Shown one piece after another: positions 17,173 to 23,445 of a stretch of 23,445 bases of DNA (its first letter is position 1; every line of letters starts with the position of its first letter). This DNA is from Prasinococcaceae sp. CCMP 1430 (taxonomy: Eukaryota; Plantae; Prasinodermophyta), in the NCBI GenBank assembly GCA_013416795.1, contig RQSC01000070.1, forward strand, positions 1-23,445, in the 5' to 3' direction. The notes beneath the pieces are model-generated. The model did no database searches, had not been told where the DNA came from, and saw only the letters and a list, made by a program, of their open reading frames with translations. The position numbers and the translations under genes are program-made.

Positions 17173-20100
17173 ATGGGCGGACGCCCAAATGCAGGCGGGG
17201 GGCGACGGACGGGCGGAGGCAACCGCGCGGTCAAGGGCGAGCCGAAGTGGAAGGCGGCCATCAAGCGCAGCGAGCGCGAGAAGGCTGCTGAGAAGCGCCG
17301 CGGCGCGGGCAGCGACGGGAGTGGAGGAGCGGGCGGCAAAGGAGGCGGCAGCAATGGCGGTGGCGCGGCGCCTCGTCCGACCGACGCAGTGAGCCTTGGC
17401 GCTGACGCAGCGGCGCGCGTGGCGGCCGTGCTGCGCGAGGTGGCCGCGGCGGCGGGCGAAGAGCCGTCTGTGGCGACCGCTACCGGTGCCGACGCGGCGA
17501 CCACAGGCGTCGACCCCCGCTCGGTCGACGCGAAGGCCGCCACCGAGCTGCTGCGCAAGGGCTTTGCCGACGCGGCGGCCGCCGCCGCACTCGCCGCCAC
17601 ACGCGCCGCAGCGCGGGCGTCAGACGCGACGGAGGGCTTCAATGAGCAGCGCCGACGCCGCGTGCAGCGCGCGCTCGACTGGCTGGTCGTGCACGCGCCT
17701 GACCACGAGCTGCCGCCAGACTTCGCATCGCAGCGGCCGAAGCCCGTGCCGCCGCCGCCACGCGCCCCCATCGTCAGGAAGGGGCTCGGCGTAGCATCGG
17801 CGGCGCCGACGCCGGGGTCCTCGCGGCAGCAGCCGCAGCCGCAGCAACGGTCGCAGCAGCCGCCCCAGCACACGCAGAAACACGAGCACGCCGAGGCGGC
17901 ACTGGTCGCCGCAGGCTGGCCGCAGCGCGCGGTTGCGCAGGCGCTCGCTCAGGCGCTCGAGCGCGCCCCGCTCGCCGCGCACTCGCCGCGCGCGCACGCC
18001 CTCGCGGCGCTGCCGGCGCTCGCGCAGGGCGCTGCGCGCATGTTCAACGCGTCGGTGCCACAACCGACATTGGCCGAGGCGGAGGCCAACAGGGATGCCC
18101 TGCGTGAGGAGCTCACGGCAGTCGATGCCATCAGCGGCTGCACAGCGCTCGCCATCGCCGACGGAGCACCGCTCCCCGAGCGTCTGTCGCTGCCCGTCGA
18201 GTGTGGGCAGGGGCGCCCCGCGCGCATTGACGTGCGCGTGCGGCTGTCGCCGGGCTCGTACCCCGACCATGTGCCCGCCATCGTTGCCGAAGCGGTCGAT
18301 GGCGACGGTGTTGGCGATGGCGACGATGAGAGCGACTGTCGTGCCGCGTCGTGGTTTGCGCTGCTCAGCCGAAGGTTGATAGAGCGGGCCGCAGAGATGC
18401 GCGGCGTGCCCATGCTGTGGGAGCTGATGGAGGGCGCGGCCGAGCTGGCAGCATCTGGGGAGCTCGAGCGCGAGCTCAAAGAAGGTCGCAGCGGGCACCA
18501 GCAGCAGCGGCTGCCGTTGCAAGCCGCCCAGCAGCAACAGTCAAAGTGCGCTGTACAATTGGCGCGACTCGCTTTGGAGGAGGCGGAGGAGGGGGCGGAG
18601 GGTGCCGATGGCGGCGATGACGAATCCCGACGCACGGCGAGGCTCGAGGCTCTGCTGAACGTCGCGTCGGGGCCCCGAGCGGAGAGGGAGCCGCAGCAGG
18701 AGCTGCCGCAGCCGCCGCTGCCAACACAGCCGCGAGAGCAACCGCAGCAGCAGCAGCAGCGGCAGCGGCAGGAGCCCAAAGCCGTCCGGCGGCCGAATCC
18801 TCGCATGCCTGAGATTAAGCCCCTCAGCCCGAAAGAGGCGGCCGCGGAGAGCGCGCGCCTGCGTGAGGATTGGCAGCGGCGCCTCCTGTCGGACGGCAAA
18901 CTCCGCGGCATGCGCGAGCGACGCGCCAAGCTACCCGCGTGGCCCCTCGCTGACACGCTTGCGAGGGCCGTGCGCGACAACCGTGTGGTGGTCGTGTGCG
19001 GTGAGACGGGGTGCGGCAAGTCGACGCAGCTCCCGCAGTTTTTGCTCGAGGATGCCGTGCAACGCGGCGAGGGCGGCTCGTTCCAGATGGTCGTGACCCA
19101 GCCGCGACGAATCGCCGCCACGGGAGTGGCCATGCGCGTCGCGCAGGAGCGCGCCGAGGACATCGGTGGCACCGTTGGGTACTCGATCCGCCTCGAGACC
19201 AAACGGAGCAAAAGCACGCGCGTGCTCTTCTGCACCACGGGCGTGCTGCTGCGCCGCTTGGCCGACGACAAGGCGCTGGTCAGCGTGAGCGTGGTGTGCG
19301 TTGATGAGGTGCACGAGCGCAGCCTTGACTCGGACTTCTTGCTCGTGCTCCTGAAGGACGTCATGGCGCGCAGCCCCAACCTGCGCGTTGTGCTCATGAG
19401 CGCGACCATGGACGCGACCAAGTTTGCCGAGTACTTTGCCGCTGAGAGCGGCGGGCGGCCCTGCCCCGTGCTCGAGATCCCGGGATTCACGCACCCCGTG
19501 CGTGAGTTGTACCTTGAGGACGCCGTTCGGCTCTGTGAGTACTCACTGCGTCCCGGGTCGGACTTCGCGCGCAAGGGACCGCCCGGCGGTGGCGGCGGCA
19601 AAGGCGGTGGCTTCGACGGCAAGACAGAGGAGCAGCGCCGGGCGGAGGAGCAGGCCGAGCGCACTGAGATGGCCGCGGCCGAGGCGCTCACGAAGCGCGG
19701 CTACCCTCGGCACGTCGCCGATTGCGTCCGAGACACCGACCCGGACGCCATCAACTACGAGCTGCTCGAAGCGCTGCTGGAGCGGCTCGTGGTTGACCAG
19801 GCCGACGATGGCGCGGTGCTGGTCTTTCTGCCAGGTTTGATGGAGATCTCAACGCTGCACGAGGCCTGCACGGCCAACCGAACCATCCACGGCGCGACGG
19901 GTGGCGGCAAGTACCTCATCGCGCTGCACTCGCAGCTCAGCACGCAGGAGCAACAGCGGGTGTTCGAGAACCCGCCGAAGGGCACACGTAAGGTGGCCCT
20001 CGCTACCAACATCGCTGAGACGAGTATCACCATCGACGACTGTACCGTCGTCGTCGACTGCGGCAAGGTCAAGGAGACGGGCTTCAATGCGGCAACGCGC

Positions 20101-21524
20101 ATGTACGTGGCGGCGGCGGCCCTCCAGCGCTGACAGCTCGCCTCGTCTTTTTGTCTTTTTTTGCATGCGCTGCCTCCGCAAGCGTGCGCTTCGGCCTCGC
20201 GTTCGCCCAGCTCTCACGTGCATCGGCATGTACGCGCCACGCTGACTGGGCTGGCCGCGCCGCATGTCTTGGCGCGAGCTGAAATAGGAACACGCTGCTT
20301 ACGTGCTGGGTGTCGCGTGCGAGTGCGCGGCAGCGCCGCGGGCGCGCGGGGCGCGTGCGGCCAGGCAGGTGCATCCGCCTCTTCTCGCGGCACCGCCACG
20401 ACGCGCTCTTCGCGGAGTACCAGACGCCCGAGATCTTGCGCGTGCCGCTCGACTCGCTCACGCTCGCCGTGAAGCTTCAGCAGGGCAGTGGCATCGACCC
20501 TCGGGTCTTTCTGAGTCGCTGCGTTGACCCGCCTGAGCCGGACGCCATCGACGCAGCCATTTCGGAGCTCACGTCGCTTGGCGCGCTGGCGCCTGCCGAC
20601 GAGGCCATGACGGCGCTGGGCAGCCACCTGGCGCTGCTCCCCGTGGACCCGCGCATCGGAAAGATGCTCGTGTACGGCGCGCTCATGGGTTGCGTCGAGC
20701 CCGTCCTGACGATCGCCGCCGCCATGAGCACGCGCTCGCCTTTCGTCGCGCCGCTCGACAAGCGCGACGAGGCTGACGCCGTACGCAAGGGCGTCTACGG
20801 TCGCGAGCAGAGCGACCTGCTCGCGAGCCTGCGCGGGTACGACGCGTGGGAGGAGGCGAGGCTCGGGGGCGGGTGGGCGGCCGCGCGCGAGCTCGCGCGC
20901 GACCACTTCATGAGCCTGCGAGCCATGGAGGGCATCTCGCAGGCACGGCGGCAATTCCGCATGCTGCTCGAGGACGCGCGGCTGGTGCTCAGGCCGAGAA
21001 GGGCTGGAGCGGGGACTGGAAGGGGGCGGAAAGGGGGCCGCGGCCAAGGCCGGCAGCAGCAGCCCGCGCCGGCGGATGGGCTCGGGGACGCTGAGCCGCC
21101 ACCGCGCGCCGGCGAGGCCAACCAGAATGCTGGCAACGCCAAGTTGGTCAAGGCCGTCATTGTCGCGGGGCTCTATCCCAACGTGGCGCGCGCAGAGCCC
21201 AGCCGCACGCCAGGCAGTCCGCCCAAGATCTCGGTGCGCGTGCCGGGCAAGAAGAAGGAGGAACCCGCGGCGCTGCATCCGAGTTCTGTGTGCGCCGATG
21301 TGCCGCGGTTGCATAGCCGCTACCTGGCGTACCACGAGATGGTGGCCACCTCGCAGATCTATCTGCGCGACGCTACGGCCGTCTCGCCGTACAGCCTCCT
21401 ACTCTTCGGTGGGGCCATCGACGTGCAGCACGCGAGTGGCACTGTGACGCTGGACGGATCGCTCGCATTTCGGTGCAACCCGCGCGTCGCACTGCTCTTC
21501 AGGGAGCTCAGGGCGAGGTACGAG

Positions 21525-21558
<34 letters not shown>

Positions 21559-21978
21559 NACCCGCGGGGGAGGGTTGGGGGGGGCGCTTCGGCTTCGCTC
21601 GCGCATTGGTGTCTGCCGAGACGGCTGCGCTCGCCTGCTGCTCACCGGCTGGCTCTGCCGCTGACGCGCGCCTGCGATCCCTCCTGCGCGTCGCATCGTA
21701 CTCCGCGCAGGCTCGACGCCGAGCTGGCACGCAAGATTGCCGAACCTGACAGCGACCTGAGCTCGTCTGCGGCGTCCGTGGTGGGTGTGGTGTGCGAGCT
21801 GCTCGAGGGCGAGGTCGAGGTCGCCCCCGCGGCCGCCGCAAGCGGCGGCGGCGGTGGTGCTGCCGGCCGCGGCGGCAGCGGGGGAGGCGGAGGAGGTCGC
21901 GGAAAGGGCAGGGGCGGCGGAAGGGGCGACCGCGCTAGGGGCAGGGGTGGCAGGGGGCGAGGCAGGAGCCGCCGCTAG
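17173..21978 (+). CDS. DExH/DEAH-box RNA helicase, DHX57/DHX29/DHX36 group (most like DHX57); join(17173..20102,20288..21517,21711..21978), 1475 aa
   Basis: UBA-like ALDWLVVHAPDHELP, then an RWD-like region. Helicase motifs: GETGCGKST (19000), TQPRRIAA, DEVHER (19303), LMSAT, LVFLPG, ATNIAETSITIDD, QRRGRAGR. HA2 region (LLPVDPRIGKML) and OB-fold (IVAGLYPNV, LHPSSV, YSLLLFGG) follow. Both introns restore the frame; the total of 4428 nt is divisible by 3. Confidence 0.92.
20103..20287 (+). other. Spliceosomal intron, helicase
   Basis: GTACGT...CTGAC(20242)...AATAG, 185 nt. Removal gives TRM-NTLLTCWVSRASARQRRGRAGR. Confidence 0.9.
21518..21710 (+). other. Spliceosomal intron, helicase (contains G33 run and one N)
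   Basis: GTACGA...CTGAC(21661)...CGCAG, 193 nt. Removal gives ELRAR-LDAELARKIAEP. Confidence 0.88.
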
Positions 21979-22348
21979 CTGCATGCGTCGGAAGAGTTTC
22001 GCTCGTGTGGGGGTAGACCGCGGGTGCACGGAGTTGGTAACGCCAGTCATTGCCTCCGTCCACGGCGCCCAGGCGCGCGCGTGTGCCACCCACCCGCCCA
22101 CCCACCCACAGTGGGGTCTCGATGAGGGCGTGTGCGACCTCGCGCGCCCTTGCTGTGGCGCCAGTGCGAGCGCGCGCGCCTCGCTGGCACAGCGTGCGCT
22201 GCAGAGCTGGCGTGGCGTGCGGACGGGTCTGGGCGCGCGCGCGGCAGGTGGACAGGTGCGCGCGAGCATTCGCAAGCCCGAGCGCCGAGGGCGCCTGGCG
22301 ACCGCGCGCGGCCCGCGCTCGCCGCCGTCCCCGAGGGCGCGCGCGCCG

Positions 22349-22372
22349 CACACACACACGCACACACACACA
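22349..22372. repeat. Interrupted (CA)n microsatellite
   Basis: (CA)5 CG (CA)6 read directly. Confidence 0.8.
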
Positions 22373-23445
22373 CCGCGTCGCCAGCCACCCCAGCATGCAC
22401 ACCCGCGCGCTGTTATCGAGACACTGCATTCGTCACCAAATTCATCGATACTCGATACTCCCACTGCCTCAAATCGAAATCGGCATCCGCGCCGCTGGCT
22501 GGGGTCGCGACCGCAACCGGGTCGCTGCGATCGGAGTTCGCGGCGAGAAATTCGATTCGAGCTCCGGCCGACAAGCCGTCGCCTCGAAGCCTGGGAGGCC
22601 GAGGTGCAGGGCCACGTGCGGCGGGGGCACCGCCGACACGATGCCGCGCGTGCGTTGATGGCAAAAATACGATGCTCGAATTGATGAGAGTACAAATGAG
22701 ATGTGCGCGATGCCGAGCAGCGATGTCGATATTGACCGCGTGCGAGTGGCATGTGATATTAAATGTGTGTGTGGTGACCGATTTGCTTTCGAATTGATGC
22801 GCGCAAAGACGGGTGTGTTGTGCCTCCAACATGAGGCGTGTGCTCGCTCGTGTCGACAAATATGGCCGTTGCGAACCCCGGCGCCCGCCGATTTCCGCCG
22901 CCTCCTTGGGCGCTCAAAGTGGATGGGCGCGCGCCTGGTCCCGCTCTCCTTGCCCAGGTTGGAGCCAATTAATCGCACGCGCGAGAAGCCTCTTTTCCAT
23001 CGACGATTGGGAGGGCGACTCCCGCATTCCGAGCGGGCCGGCGGCCGCGCATGGCCCCACGTACAGAACGCGCCCGTTGCCGTTGCCGTTTGCCGGCCGG
23101 ATCTTGCCAGATGGACGTTGCGGCATCGGCACGATCCAATTGGCAATCGCACCTGCATCGATGTCAGATATTACATCAGAATCGGATGCCGGCCAGATGG
23201 TCCGCACGTGGTGCTCGCTTGAAATTGATGGTGTGTGGATGGTGGAGGCATTGATTTGTGTTGTGGAGTCCCTTTGGCTCCCCGCCAGATGGACGTTGAA
23301 ACTCGAGGGGGTGCACATCGCCGCGCGGTTTTTCCGCGCGCGCGCGCGATCGGGGTGCGCGCGGGGCATTCCCGCGCGTTTTGGGTGCGTTTTGATGGCC
23401 GGGCGACGGCGCCGCGCGCGGTGACGCGCCCGAGGCTGCGCGCGC

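Noticed and set aside
23106-23298. CRISPR-like array
   Set aside because: Repeats are only 9-15 nt, there are three copies, spacers are too long, there are no cas genes, and the context is eukaryotic.
109-23424. Dozens of long overlapping Arg/Ala/Pro-rich ORFs (e.g. 109..1098-, 3844..5073+, 7054..8112+, 14803..16728-, 17949..19691-)
   Set aside because: Shadow frames of real genes. Stop codons are scarce at this GC content and these ORFs show no recognisable motifs.

Overview
Gene-dense, very GC-rich eukaryotic nuclear DNA (about 70% GC by eye, not computed) with short GT-AG spliceosomal introns. It is most consistent with a green alga of prasinophyte type. This is an inference from a plant/bacterial-type dihydroorotase with introns, CBM20 starch-binding proteins, TTTAGGG/telo-box motifs, a TGTAA poly(A)-like signal and a ciliary AHI1 gene. 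Eight genes are supportable: kinesin-12-like motor (+), golgin-84-like tail-anchored coiled coil (-), dihydroorotase (+, 5 exons), AHI1/Jouberin (-), multi-TM protein with a His-less RING finger (+), two divergently transcribed CBM20 paralogues (- and +), and a DHX57-like DEAH helicase (+, 3 exons). The most unusual element is the head-to-head CBM20 pair. One copy has gained a C-terminal SAP nucleic-acid-binding motif, a duplicated Trp-Arg module and an intron absent from its sister. No rRNA, tRNA, CRISPR array or intact mobile element was recognised. The last ~1.4 kb is unexplained. Most other ORFs in the track are GC-driven shadow frames.
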